A stretch of 64,000 nucleotides of DNA from Octopus vulgaris (Eukaryota), in the NCBI GenBank assembly GCA_951406725.2, contig OX597819.1, positions 23,870,001 through 23,934,000 of the forward strand. Direction: 5' to 3'. Of the stretch, positions 52,480-64,000 are shown in pieces. The notes below the pieces were generated by a model. The model was not told the DNA's origin. It worked only from the letters and a program-made list of their open reading frames with translations, and searched no databases. The stretch's first letter is position 1. Every line of letters begins with the position of its first letter. Made by a program: the position numbers and the translations under genes.

Positions 52480-53350
52480 ATGCACATGTGTATGGGCGTG
52501 TATCTGTGAATGTATTTGTGTGCATGTGTGTGAGCGTGTATGTGTGTGTGCATGTGTGTAAGCATGTATGTGTGTGCATGTGTGTGAGCATGTATGTGTG
52601 TGTGCATGTGTATGAACGTGTATCCGTGTGTATGTGTGAGTATGCGAGTGTGTATCAGTGTATGTGTGTGTGTATGTGTGTGCGTATGTGTGTGTGCATA
52701 TGTCTGATCGTGCATCTGTGTGAGCGTGTATGTATGTGTATGTGCCTGTGTTAGCGTGTATGTGTGTGCGCATGTGTGTGAGCATGTAGCTGTGTGTGTG
52801 TGCATGTGTGTGAGCATGTATGTGTGTGCATGTGTGTGAGCATGTATGTGTGTGTGAATGTGTATGAACGTGTATCTGTGTGTGTGTGAGTATGTGAGTG
52901 TGTATCAGTGTATGTGTATGTGTATGTGTGTGTGCATATGTCTGATCGTGCATCTGTGTGAGCGTGTATGTATGTGTGTGTGCTTGTGTTAGCGTGTATG
53001 TGTGTTTACATGTGTGTGAGCATGTAGCTGTGTGCATGTGTGTGAGCATGTAGCTGTGTGTGTGCATGTGTATGAACGTGTATCCGTGTGTGTGTGTGAG
53101 TATGTGAGTGTGTATCAGTGTATGTGTGTGTGTATGTGTGTATGCATGCGTCTGATCGTGCATCTGTGTGTGCGTGTGTGTGTGTGCATATAAGCGTATA
53201 ACTGTGTGTGTGTGTGTACATATGAGTGCAAGTGTGTGAGCGTGTATCTCTCTTTATGTGTGTGCATGTGCGTAAGCATATAACTGTGTATGTGTGCTTG
53301 TGTGTCGGCGTGGTCCTGTCTATGTGTATATGTGAGTGCACATGTGTTTA
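52480..53350. repeat. TG-rich minisatellite with higher-order units of about 240-260 bp
   Basis: The landmarks tgtatgaacgtgtatc and tctgatcgtgcatctg recur three times. Confidence 0.75.
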
Positions 53351-53599
53351 AGTGCATGTGTGTGCGTATTTGTGTGCGTGTGTGTGTGTGTTTCTGTTTT
53401 GTGTGTGTGTGTGTGTGTGTGCGCGCGCGCGTGTGTGTGTGTACATTATCACCAAGAACAATTAGAGTGAGAGAAGAGTAATGTAGCAACATTCTTGGTG
53501 GGTGGGTCATGGGGGGAAGGGTAAACAGTGAGGAGGAAGCGGAGCAGATTGGTGCGGGGCAAGAAATTAATAACTATGTAACAGGGTGATATTACTGTT

Positions 53600-53780
53600 T
53601 AATAACGACGGCGACGACGGCGACGATGATGATGATGATGACGATGATGATGATGAGGATGTTGCTGCTGTTGCTGTAGCTGTTGCTGCTGCTGCTGTTG
53701 ATGATGATGATGAAGTGATGAAGGCGATTTCATTACAACACACAACCACAATCTTCATACTGGAACTATCACAATGGCAA

Positions 53781-53849
<69 letters not shown>

Positions 53850-53925
53850 ACCACTCCAACCGCCACCACCGCCACCACTGCCACCACCACCACCACCACC
53901 ACCACCACCACCACCACCACCACCA
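53600..53925. repeat. GAT/GCT/ACT/ACC trinucleotide runs
   Basis: Directly visible. Confidence 0.85.
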
Positions 53926-54206
53926 TTGCATTACATTCCTCCATCACCGTTGCCACCAACATCGCCGAAATAAATTTACCCGAACCAATGACGGACTTCC
54001 AACATAGTCGCTCGACCTACTAGAAATAGCAACCAAATTTCTCATGATTCGCATCCCTACCGTCTTAAAACAATGATAAGGTTACATAGGATATGATATG
54101 AGATTCACAATGCCAGAGGAGATAGGCATGGTGGTCATAGCTGGAACTCTTTTGATCTTAGTTCTGTTCTGTCAGGGTCTATCTAGGGCTAACCAGCCAC
54201 GACAAT

Positions 54207-54570
54207 AATCCTTTCTACTATTGGCAAAAGGCCTAAAATTTGGGGGAGGAGTAAGTCGATTACAGTACTTAACTTATCGACCCCAAAAAGATGAAGGGCA
54301 AAGTCGACCTCGGTAACGTAACGCCAGACGAAATAGCGCTAAGCATTTCGTGCGGTGCGCTAAAGATTCTTTTCTATTCTAGGTACAAGGCCCGAAATTT
54401 TGGGGAAGGGGGCCAGTCGATTAGATCGACCCCAGTATACAACTGATACTTAATTTATCGACTTCGAAAGGATGAAAGGCAAAGACAACCTCGGCGGAAT
54501 TTGAACTCAGACGAAAGAGCGCTAAGCATTTCACGCGACGCGCTAACGATTCTTCCAGCTCTCCGCCTTC
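54207..54570 (-). mobile_element. SINE family B tandem dimer (type-2 tail)
   Basis: The tails aatcctttctactattggcaaaaggcc and ttttctattctaggtacaaggcccgaaattt precede the central domain. Confidence 0.8.
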
Positions 54571-55220
54571 GGCCAAGACAATAAGATCAACAAGGACTGG
54601 AGCAATAACAACATCAACCAGTAGTCAACAAAGGGTCAACGACGATATTACTATGTCAATCGTGGGACTACTGCAGCCCATGGGATTTTCTGAATGGCAA
54701 GTCTAGCGAAAGGTTATCTTGAACACTTATAGTCGTGCTGCCCGTCTGATGTTGAGTTATGTACCATGCGGCCCGTCTCTCGAGAAAGGTTGCCTATGCC
54801 TGCCCTATGTTGTTACTTGTTCTGCTAGAAGCAGAAACCAAATCAAGATAGTGTAGCCACGTATAATCGAATAGATGGGTTGATCACAGCTGGAAAACAC
54901 TTATAGGATTTTTATACATATCCTTCCAGCCATGCCTACATACATACATACATACATACATACATACATACATAGGTACACAGACAGACAGACACACGAT
55001 TTTGATGAGAAGAACGGGACTTATTGTAAACTCTTCAAGTGACTAGTTATCGGTTACATACCTAAGGACCTTTCCATATTTCATTTGAAAATTATGATTA
55101 TTATTATTACGTAACAACAACCACAACATAAGCAACAACCACAACAAAGACACCACCACCACCAACAACAACAATTTAAATAGCAACAAGAGCCCTCAGA
55201 GAGAGAGCAAACCGCCACCA

Positions 55221-57300
55221 CTGTTTCTTTATTTTGCCACTACGGCCACAACACAGAGGGGGCACTACAAAGATAGACACAACACCTCAGTGGGGCCAAG
55301 AGATGTTCTATAAAAACGAAATGGCTGCATGGGCCCCACTCCCATGCACTATCATTTGAACGTTTATATAAACTACTTGCAATCGTTCGATTACCTTATT
55401 GTTTTTTTTTTTTAATCTCGTTGTTTCCTCTTTTTTTTTTGTAAATGAAACAATTATACTTTTTTCCTTTTTTCTTCAATAAAACAATTTCATTTACTTT
55501 TTCCTTTTTAATATCTCATAAAAGGTTCTAAATCCTTTCTACTATAGGCAAAAGGCCTGAAATTTGGGGAAGGGGTAAGTCGATTACAGTACTTAACTTA
55601 TCGACCCCAAAAAGATGAAGGGCAAAGTCGACCTCGGTGGAATTTGAACTCAGACGAAATAGCGCTAAGCATTTCGTGCGGTGCGCTTAAGATTCTTTTC
55701 TATTCTAGGTACAAGACCCGAAATTTTGGGGAAGGGGGCCAGTCGATTAGATCGACCCCAGTATACAACTGATACTTAATTTATCGACTTCGAAAGGATG
55801 AAAGGCAAAGTCGACCTCGGCGGAATTTGAACTTAGAACGTAACGCCAGACGAAAGAGCGCTAAGCACTACTGGTGGCAATTCATCGAACTCAACCATCA
55901 CTCCTGGCGGGTCAATCCCTTCTCCACACGTGTCTTCTAGTCTGCTGTAGGCGTCCTTGTCAACCACGATGGCCTTCACATTCTCGGAATACACATCCGT
56001 GGGCAACTTTACTCTTATGATATATTTAAACTTTAATACTTTCTTTTCAGTTTCTTTACTTTTTGCGTACGTCACAAAACTCTATCGAAATTTTCCTTTT
56101 CTTATTTGTTTTCTCTTTTCCTGCTCCGCTCCTGGTACCTTCTTTTCTTGCACCACTCTGAACAGTCTCTCCGGTTGTGTTTCTAAATTTTCTTCCTCCA
56201 CTGGAACAACCGGTGTCTTCACCAATGTCTCTTCCTTATGCAACTCCTTCTTGAACCCTTCTTCAAGTTCCCTTTCGCTTACTTTATCCATCACCATTAT
56301 GTCTTCCTTCTGGTCTCCCTTTCCATCTCTTTTTCTGCTGCTCTGGCCGAGAGATCACTCTCCCACTTCTCTTTCTTTTTTTTAAACCCCGTGAACCCCT
56401 CCTCCGTTGCTTTCTCCTTTATCTCTACCTGTACTACCTGGTCCGTGCTCTCCTGCCTCTCCGTCTGCTCTATCTGTTGTTCCTTCTGGGGACACCTCAC
56501 TTTCATTTGGCCCTTTTCCCCACATGTATAACATACAGGCGGCCTGCCCTCCACCACCACTCTCAATCTTACGTCATCGGGCAGCACTATCTCTTTGATA
56601 ATTCTGTTTAGGTCTTCCACTGTTGCTTGAACAGTTAACTCTATTCCATATCACCAGTAGTTAAATTTTTGGGTTCTTGTGGCCTTCAGTGTCTTGGCCT
56701 CCTCATTCATGTTATACATTATAGCTGTCATCAGTCATGCTTCTTTCAGCTCTGGAGGCAAGTTGTCAACTCGCACCCTGGCCACACGTTTGCCTCAGTA
56801 CGATGGCAAAAGTACCCATTCTTCCGATCTTATTGCCTCCGTGGAGTGCTTAACTACTTACTCTTCTGATGCAAAACGCACCCCCACAGTAGTGTACTTT
56901 CTCCCTCTTGCTATAAATGTGGTTAGTCTTTTAATATTCTTCAAACATTCTTCAATAGCCTCTATTGTCGCTATTTCTATATTCCTTGGTGTTGTCTTCA
57001 TTGTCTTATATATCACGGTTCTTTTCATTGAGACGGCGTGTATTTCCGTCTCTTTCCAGCAACTTTTCGCATTCTTAACTTTTCGAGGTTCAACCTTTAT
57101 TTCTCTTACCGCCAGCGTTTCCACGTCTATCCCTTTTCCAGTTGCAGCCGCATAACTGTGGTCATCTGCTAGCGTTTTCTCCATTTTCCCCACAATGGGG
57201 AAAAAACAACAATTCAAAATAACACTAGCAACAATTCGAACAGCAACAATCAATCAAACAAATATTTAACACTATGACTAACACAACTCAAACCTCCTCT
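55221..57300 (-). mobile_element. ORF1-only non-LTR-like retroelement (decayed zinc-knuckle ORF about 57184 to 55870), interrupted by a SINE B dimer
   Basis: Broken ORF MEKTLADDHSY...FIARGRKYTTVGVRF...VVVEGRPPVCYTCGEKGQMKVRCP (CCHC knuckle with H>Q, a pattern typical of L1/Tx1-type ORF1). The 3' end resembles the SINE B type-1 tail. No RT or EN is seen. Confidence 0.6.
55531..55868 (-). mobile_element. SINE family B tandem dimer, duplicate of 54207-54570
   Basis: Shares the diagnostic variants gtcgattacagtacttaactt, ccccaaaaagatgaagggc and cgacttcgaaagg. Confidence 0.85.
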
Positions 57301-57572
57301 CATTGATTAGCCAGATATGATTTTTTAAATGAGAATATCTGAAATAAATTCGACTGCTTTCACAAATGAGAATACTAAAAATGAACCCGACCACTCTCAG
57401 AAATTAAGTAAAAAAAAAAAAAAAAACCGGAAAAATAATCCAGATTTCTTGTCCGGTACCGGATCGATTCTAAAATCTAATCAGTTCGTGTCTGTCACGA
57501 GGCCAAACATCCCTGAAAGTTTCATCCGAACCAGCGGTTCTTGAGATATCTTGTCCACGGACAATCAGTCAG

Positions 57573-57658
<86 letters not shown>

Positions 57659-57754
57659 GTCAGTCAAACAAACAAACAAACCAATGCGACTAGTAACAAG
57701 ACTGACAATGGCGAAGACAACGGTAATAACTATTACTGCAACAAGTAACAACTG

Positions 57755-58022
57755 GTACTCCGTCGCTTACGACGATGAGGGTTCCAGTTGATCCGATCAA
57801 CTGAACACCCTGCTCGTGAAATTAACGTGCTGAGTACTCCACTACCTTAAGGTAGTTCTCGGAGATTCAATGTGACAGCGCTGGCACTTTGAAAAACACG
57901 TACGACTCATATTTGCCAGTTCAGTGGACTTGCAGCAACGTGAAATAAAGTGTCTTGCTCAAGAGCACATGACTTTATGATCTTGAGCCGGCTACCCTAA
58001 CCACAATGCCACGCGCCTTCAC
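57755..58022 (-). mobile_element. Diverged SINE family C-related copy
   Basis: actccgtcgcttacgacgatgagggttccagttgatccgatcaa...ccctaaccacaatgccacgcgcc. Confidence 0.7.
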
Positions 58023-58294
58023 TGACTGTAACAAGTCAACAACAACAAAAAAAACAAAGCAAAAACAAAAAACAAACAGAAAGCAAATAAACAGAAAAAA
58101 ACCCATCAACAACTAGAAGAAAATTAAAAGGAGCAAGAATGTCAGTGAGAAGAACAACATTAGTGCCGAAACAGCAGCAGCAGTAGCAGCAGCAGCAACA
58201 GCAACAACACAAACAACAACAACAATGATAAGAAGAACGGCAACAGCCATAACCGCAACAAAAACAACAACGACGACGATGATGACTATGACGA

Positions 58295-58845
<551 letters not shown>

Positions 58846-59066
58846 CTGGAAGAGAATTAAGAACAAGAATGTCAATGAGAACAATTATAACAACAACACC
58901 AACAACAACAACAACAATAAGAATAACTAAGAAGAGGACAACAACAACAACAGCAACAACAATATTATGACAGCAGTAGAATAACAGTGAATGAAAGTGA
59001 CACCGTCTTTTAAAAATAAATATACTAAGCAAAGCAATGTCAACAACAACGTTTCTCATTTTTCTG

Positions 59067-59129
<63 letters not shown>

Positions 59130-59130
<1 letters not shown>

Positions 59131-59232
59131 GTGTGTTTGTGTTTGTGTATATGTATGTTGGTGGAGAGTGAGGTGTGTGTATTTGTGTCATGTGTGTGTG
59201 TGTGTACGTGTATGTTTGCGGAGAGTGAAGTG

Positions 59233-59268
<36 letters not shown>

Positions 59269-60610
59269 TGTGTATATGTATGTTTGTGGAGAGTGAGGTG
59301 TGTGTATTTGTGTCATGTGTGTGTGTGTGTGTGTGTGTGCGTGCGTGTATGTTTGCGGAGATTGAGGTGTGTGTGTGTGTATGTGTGTATTTGTGTCATG
59401 TGTGTGTGTGTACGTGTATGTTTGCGGAGAGTGAGGTGTGTGTGTGTGTGTATGTGTGTATGTATGTGATGATTGTGACGAGTGTGTGTGTGTTTGCGTG
59501 TGTTTGTGTGTTTGTGTATATGTATGTTTGTGGAGAGTGAAGTGTGTGTATTTGTGTCATGCGTGTGAGTGTGTGTGTACGTGAATGTTTGCGGAGAGTG
59601 AGGTGTATGTGTGTGTGTATGTGATGATTGTGACGAGTCTGTGTGTGTGTGTTTGCGTGTGTGTGTTTGTGTATATGTATGTTTGTGGAGAGTGAAGTGT
59701 GTGTATTTGTGTCATGTGTGTGTGTGTACGTGTATGTTTGCGGAGAGTGAGAGTGTGGTGTGTGTGTGTATGTGTGTATGTATGTGATGATTGCGACGAG
59801 TGTGTGTGTGTGTGTTTGCGTGTGTGTGTGTGTTTGTGTATATGTATGTTTGTGGAGAGTGAGGTGTGTGTATTTGTGTCATGTGTGTGTGTGTGCGTAC
59901 GTGTATGTTTGCGGAGAGTGAGGTGTGTGTGTGTGTGTGTATGTGTGTGTGTGTATGTATGTGATGATTGTGACGAGTGTGTGTGTGTTTGCGTGTGTGT
60001 GTGTGTTTGTGTATATGTATGTTTGTGGAGAGTGAGGTGTGTGTATTTGTGTCATATGTGTGTCTGTGGGTACGTGTGTGTTTGCGGAGAGTGAGGTGTG
60101 TGTGTGTGTGTATGTGTGTATGTATGTGATGATTGTGACGAGTGTGTGTGTGTGTGTTTGCGTGTGTGTGTGTTTGTGTATATGTATGTTTATGGAGAGT
60201 GAAGTGTGTGTATTTGTGTCATGTGTGTGTGTGTGTGTACGTGTATGTTTGCGGAGAGTAAGGTGTGTCTGTGTATGTGTGTATGTGTGTATGTATGTGA
60301 TGATTGTGACGAGCGTGTGTGTGTGTGCGTGTGTGTGTGTTTGTGTATATGTATGTTGGTGGAGAGTGAGGTGTGTGTATTTGTGTCATGTGCGCGTGTG
60401 TGTACGTGTATGTTTGCGGAGAGTGAGGTGTGTGTGTGTATATGTGTGTGTATGTGATGATTGTGACGAGTGTATGTGTGTGTCTGTGTCTACGTGTGCG
60501 TGTGTGTGTACATGTATGTTTGCGGAGAGTGAGGTGTGTTCATGTGTCTCATGAGTGTGTGTGTGAGTGTGTATACGTGTATGTCTGCGGAGGGTGAGGT
60601 GTGTGTATGT
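59130..60610. repeat. Complex TG-rich minisatellite, unit about 150-180 bp
   Basis: Recurring landmarks tgtatatgtatgtttgtggagagtgag, tatttgtgtcatg, tttgcggagagtgagg and gatgattgtgacgag. Confidence 0.88.
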
Positions 60611-60859
60611 GTGTGTGAATGTGTATGTGTGTATGCGTGCATGGAGTGTTGCGTGTGTATGTAATGAGGTATGTTGTATAAGTGCGTGTTATCTGAGATT
60701 TGCGTGTGTGCATGTCTGTGTGCATGAGCGTACATGTGTACGTGTGTGTGCGCGTGTGCCTGTGTGTGTATGTGAGTGTGCATGTGCGGAGATGAGGTGT
60801 TAGTAGTTTGTAGTATGTAATATGTAAACATGCATGTATGTGTGTGAGTGTGTGTACGT

Positions 60860-61257
60860 GTAGGAGTGGCTGTGTGGTAAGTAGCTTGCTAACCAACCAC
60901 ATGGTTCTGGGTTCAGTCCCACTGCGTGGCATCTTGGGCAAGTGTCTTCTGCTATAGCCCCGGTCCGACCAATGCCTTGTGAGTGGATTTGGTAGACGGA
61001 AACTGAAAGAAGCCTGTCGTATATATGTACATATACATATATGTATGTGTGTGTGTGTGTTTGTGTGTCTGTGTTTGTCCCCCTAGCATTGCTTGACAAC
61101 CGATGCTGGTGTGTTTACGTCCTCGTCACTTAGCGGTTCGGCAAAAAAGAGACCGATAGACTGGGCTTACAAAGAATAAGTCCCGGGGGTCGATTTGCTC
61201 GACTAAAAGGCGGTGCTCCAGCATGGCCGCAGTCAAATGACTGAAACAGGTAAAGAG
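60860..61257 (+). mobile_element. SINE family A (young)
   Basis: Complete head taggagtggctgtgtggtaagtagcttgctaacc...gggttcagtccc and tail. Confidence 0.92.
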
Positions 61258-61372
61258 GTTACCCCCAAAGAAACAGGAATTTTGCAATATTATTTTATTT
61301 ACTCAGTTTTACATGTTTACATTTTTATCGCCTTCGAATTATTCCCCATTTGAAGCAATGCATCGGTCCAGA

Positions 61373-61400
61373 TAACAACAACAACAACAACAACAACAAC

Positions 61401-61464
<64 letters not shown>

Positions 61465-61713
61465 TCGAAAAATACCTTAGGAATAAGAACCCAGGTTCGA
61501 AAATTCTGCCGAGGTCGACTTTGCCTTTCATCCTTTCGGGGTCGATAAATAAAGTACCAGTTACGCACTGGGGTCGATATAATCAACTTAATCCGTTTGT
61601 CTGTCCTTGTTTGTCTCTTCTATGTTTAGCCCCTTGTGGGTAGTAAAGAAATAAGAAAACGTTCCCAGTTACTTTTGGGCACTCCCTCGTATAAGCTGTT
61701 TATATACAGACAA
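61373..61713 (+). repeat. Internally deleted duplicate of about 62400-63203
   Basis: (AAT)n plus aacatcgaaaaataccttaggaataagaacccaggttcga is fused to a SINE B 3' half, the mariner end and the flank ataagctgtttatatacagacaa. Confidence 0.8.
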
Positions 61714-62171
61714 GTGATGCCTTTTAACGCCTTCGTCGTCTTCTTTTTTTTCCTTCACCTCTTCCACATCTGAAAATTCCGCGGCACTAGACTTCGTCAC
61801 CAGTGATGACCTTCGTAAAAAAAACGTCCGGTTCAACTTCCAACTGTTCTTTCAGTCGTGACTGTTTTTTTGATCTTCCGTGAGCAAGTGAAGCACCAAT
61901 TTTATCTGTAACTCTTTTTATTCGCAATTCTTCGCTCAAATTTCGTTCCGAGGAGCTCCAGTACACACCAGTTATCAGTCATATCAACAAGCTCATCAGT
62001 TTTTCGGTGACGATCTTTCAGGATCAGTTCATGAATTTCATGAGGTCTTCGTTCGTTCGTGAGGTCAACGATCGCCCTGAACGAGGTTGGTCTTCAAGCG
62101 ACAAATGATCCTTCCTAAAGCGTGAAAACCGCTCGTAAACTTGTGTTTTGCTCATGGCAACATCCATGTAA

Positions 62172-62645
62172 GCTTATTTACATTATTTACATTTGGCCTC
62201 ATCTTGTTCGTTGTTAACACAACGTTCCGGCTGATATACCCTCCAACCTTCTTTACTACGCTATATGCGCACGGGCATATGGCGTAGTGGTTAAGAGCGC
62301 TGGCTACTAATCCCAAGATTCCGAGTTCGATTCCAAGCAGTGACCTGAACAACAACAACAACAACACTAATAATATTAATAACAACAACAATAATAATAA
62401 TAATAATAACAATAACAATAATAACAATAACAGCAATAATAATAATAATAACAATAACAATAATAATAATAATAACATCGAAAAATACCTTAGGAATAAG
62501 AACCCAGGTTCGAAATTTCCCCTGAAGAAGGATGGAAGGTATATCAGCCGAAACGTTGTGTTAACAACAAAGATGACAAATATCCCTCGAATGTAAATAA
62601 TGTAAATAATGTACATAATTCTTCATCTCTTAAATATAGAACTGT
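62172..62645 (+). mobile_element. tRNA-headed SINE-like element with a hammerhead-bearing PLE-like tail and an inverted 5' tail copy; 10-bp TSD
   Basis: TSD atccatgtaa at 62162-62171 and 62646-62655. A box tggcgtagtgg at 62280, B box gagttcgattcc at 62323, then (AAT)n and CTGAAGA..cagcc-GAAA-CG-TT at 62522-62557. An inverted tail copy lies at 62175-62253. Confidence 0.75.
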
Positions 62646-62908
62646 ATCCATGTAAACTGTCTGAAGCATGACAACTGTCTCGGCCGTCGTTTTTCCCCAT
62701 AGGAAACAGAATTTCTCAGAAGCACATTGTTCCTTCGTTTCAGCCATGGCAAAAGTCGACGAACAGGGGAGAAGCACTGCAAAACAAAGACGCACCAAGT
62801 GGTAGTACGACCCCACCGGACGACGACGCTCGGCAGAATTATGCCTGAGGGTCGCATCAAGTGTCTTCTAGCAACGGAAGCCTGAACTCACAGAAAACGT
62901 TTCCAGTT

Positions 62909-63143
62909 GAAAGGCAGCGAGCTGGCAGAAACGTTAGCACGCTGTGCGAAATGCTTAGCAGTATTTCGTCTGTCTTTACGTTCTGAGTTCAAATTCTGCC
63001 GAGGTCGACTTTGCCTTTCATCCTTTCGGGGTCGATAAATAAAGTACCAGTTACGCACTGGGGTCGATATAATCAGCTTAATCCGTTTGTCTGTCCTTGT
63101 TTGTCTCCTCTATGTTTAGCCCCTTGTGTGTAGTAAAGAAATA
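62909..63143 (+). mobile_element. SINE family B inserted near the mariner end, 17-bp TSD
   Basis: TSD agaaaacgtt(t/c)ccagtt at 62892-62908 and 63144-63160. Confidence 0.9.
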
Positions 63144-64000
63144 AGAAAACGTTCCCAGTTACTTTTGGGCACTCCCTCGTATAAGCTGTTTATATACAGA
63201 CAAATGAGTTGTTTCAAGGATGTTAAATGTAGTATATTTTCCTTGTTTAAGTTAGTAAGTGAAAGGGATGAGTAAGTGGGGGAGGGGCCGGATTAAGTGT
63301 TCCGTACATTAACATGTTCTCCCAGAATGATGTAATTAATGCGGTTAATGTTCAAGATGGCCAGCCCGTAAATCATTGGATATCTCAGTGGTCACTGTTT
63401 TGGAGAACAAAGGACTGGAGAAAGGCATAAATGTAGCGTCAAGAAAGTAAGACGGGTGTAACGGTTTGACTAGGGTGGTGAGGATATGGAGTCAACTGAA
63501 TCGGAAGAAGAGTCCATGAGATAGAGGAGGTAGGAGTTTGGTGATCATTAAATCTATAAGGATTAATACACGCACGCACATATAGGCCCACACACGCAGA
63601 GGGCCACACATAGACACACACACACACGCACACACACACACAGAGGCACACATATCCTCATGTGCACACACACACATACACACACACTCACATTCTTATA
63701 TATGTGTATGCATGTTTGTATACGTATGTATATATATATATATGTGTCTGTGTGTGTGTGTGTCTGTATATATATAGGTGAGAGAGTATGTGTGAATGTT
63801 CATACAACTATATGAATATATATATACATATACATACATACATGCATACATACACACACACACATATATGTGTGTGTGTGTGTGTGTGTGTGCGTAGGCA
63901 CGTATATATATTATAGAGCATCTTTAGAATTAAGCAGGTGATTCAAAGACGAAGATTTTAAAGATCTGTGTGTCTGCAATGCATCTGTTTGTGTGTGTGT

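Larger units (their letters stand above)
61714..63179 (-). mobile_element. Mariner element 5' part, interrupted by two insertions
   Basis: TIR-like cgagggagtgcccaaaagtaactggg after TA at 63180. The transposase MAETKEQ..KFCF..GKTTAETVVMLQTVY|MDVAMSKTQVYERF.RF....SLEDQPRSGR...ITGDE is split by 62172-62645. Confidence 0.85.

Noticed and set aside
59130-60610. CRISPR-like repeat-spacer array
   Set aside because: The context is eukaryotic, the spacers are TG microsatellite rather than unique sequence, and there are no cas genes.
62273-62340. Functional tRNA gene
   Set aside because: It has A and B boxes but no complementary acceptor stem, and it lies within a TSD-bounded repeat, so it is treated as a SINE head. 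The same applies to the family C heads.

Overview
AT-rich, microsatellite-dense, non-coding eukaryotic DNA with no supportable host-gene exon. Almost all ORFs in the supplied track are simple-repeat artefacts. The repeat content (three abundant tRNA-headed SINE families, one carrying an internal TA/TG microsatellite) suggests an octopus-like cephalopod intron or intergenic region; this is an inference. Recognisable decayed transposons are three mariner relics, a Tc1 relic, a Helitron Rep/PIF1 relic plus non-autonomous Helitrons, a pogo/Tigger-like MITE, three 8-bp-TSD MITEs carrying telomeric repeats, a Penelope-like (PLE) GIY-YIG 3' fragment and an ORF1-only zinc-knuckle retroelement. The main hidden signal is a dense set of hammerhead-ribozyme (HHR)-like motifs at about 12 loci. 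Many lie in small back-to-back palindromic cassettes embedded in (TA)n tracts, and one copy at 52248-52304 has a fully intact fold. Other cases include variant catalytic cores (CCGANGA), a long-stem-II variant, and a TSD-bounded tRNA-headed SINE whose tail is an HHR-bearing PLE-like terminal repeat with an inverted 5' copy. Coordinates were read by eye, so repeat boundaries are approximate except where TSDs or TIRs are quoted.
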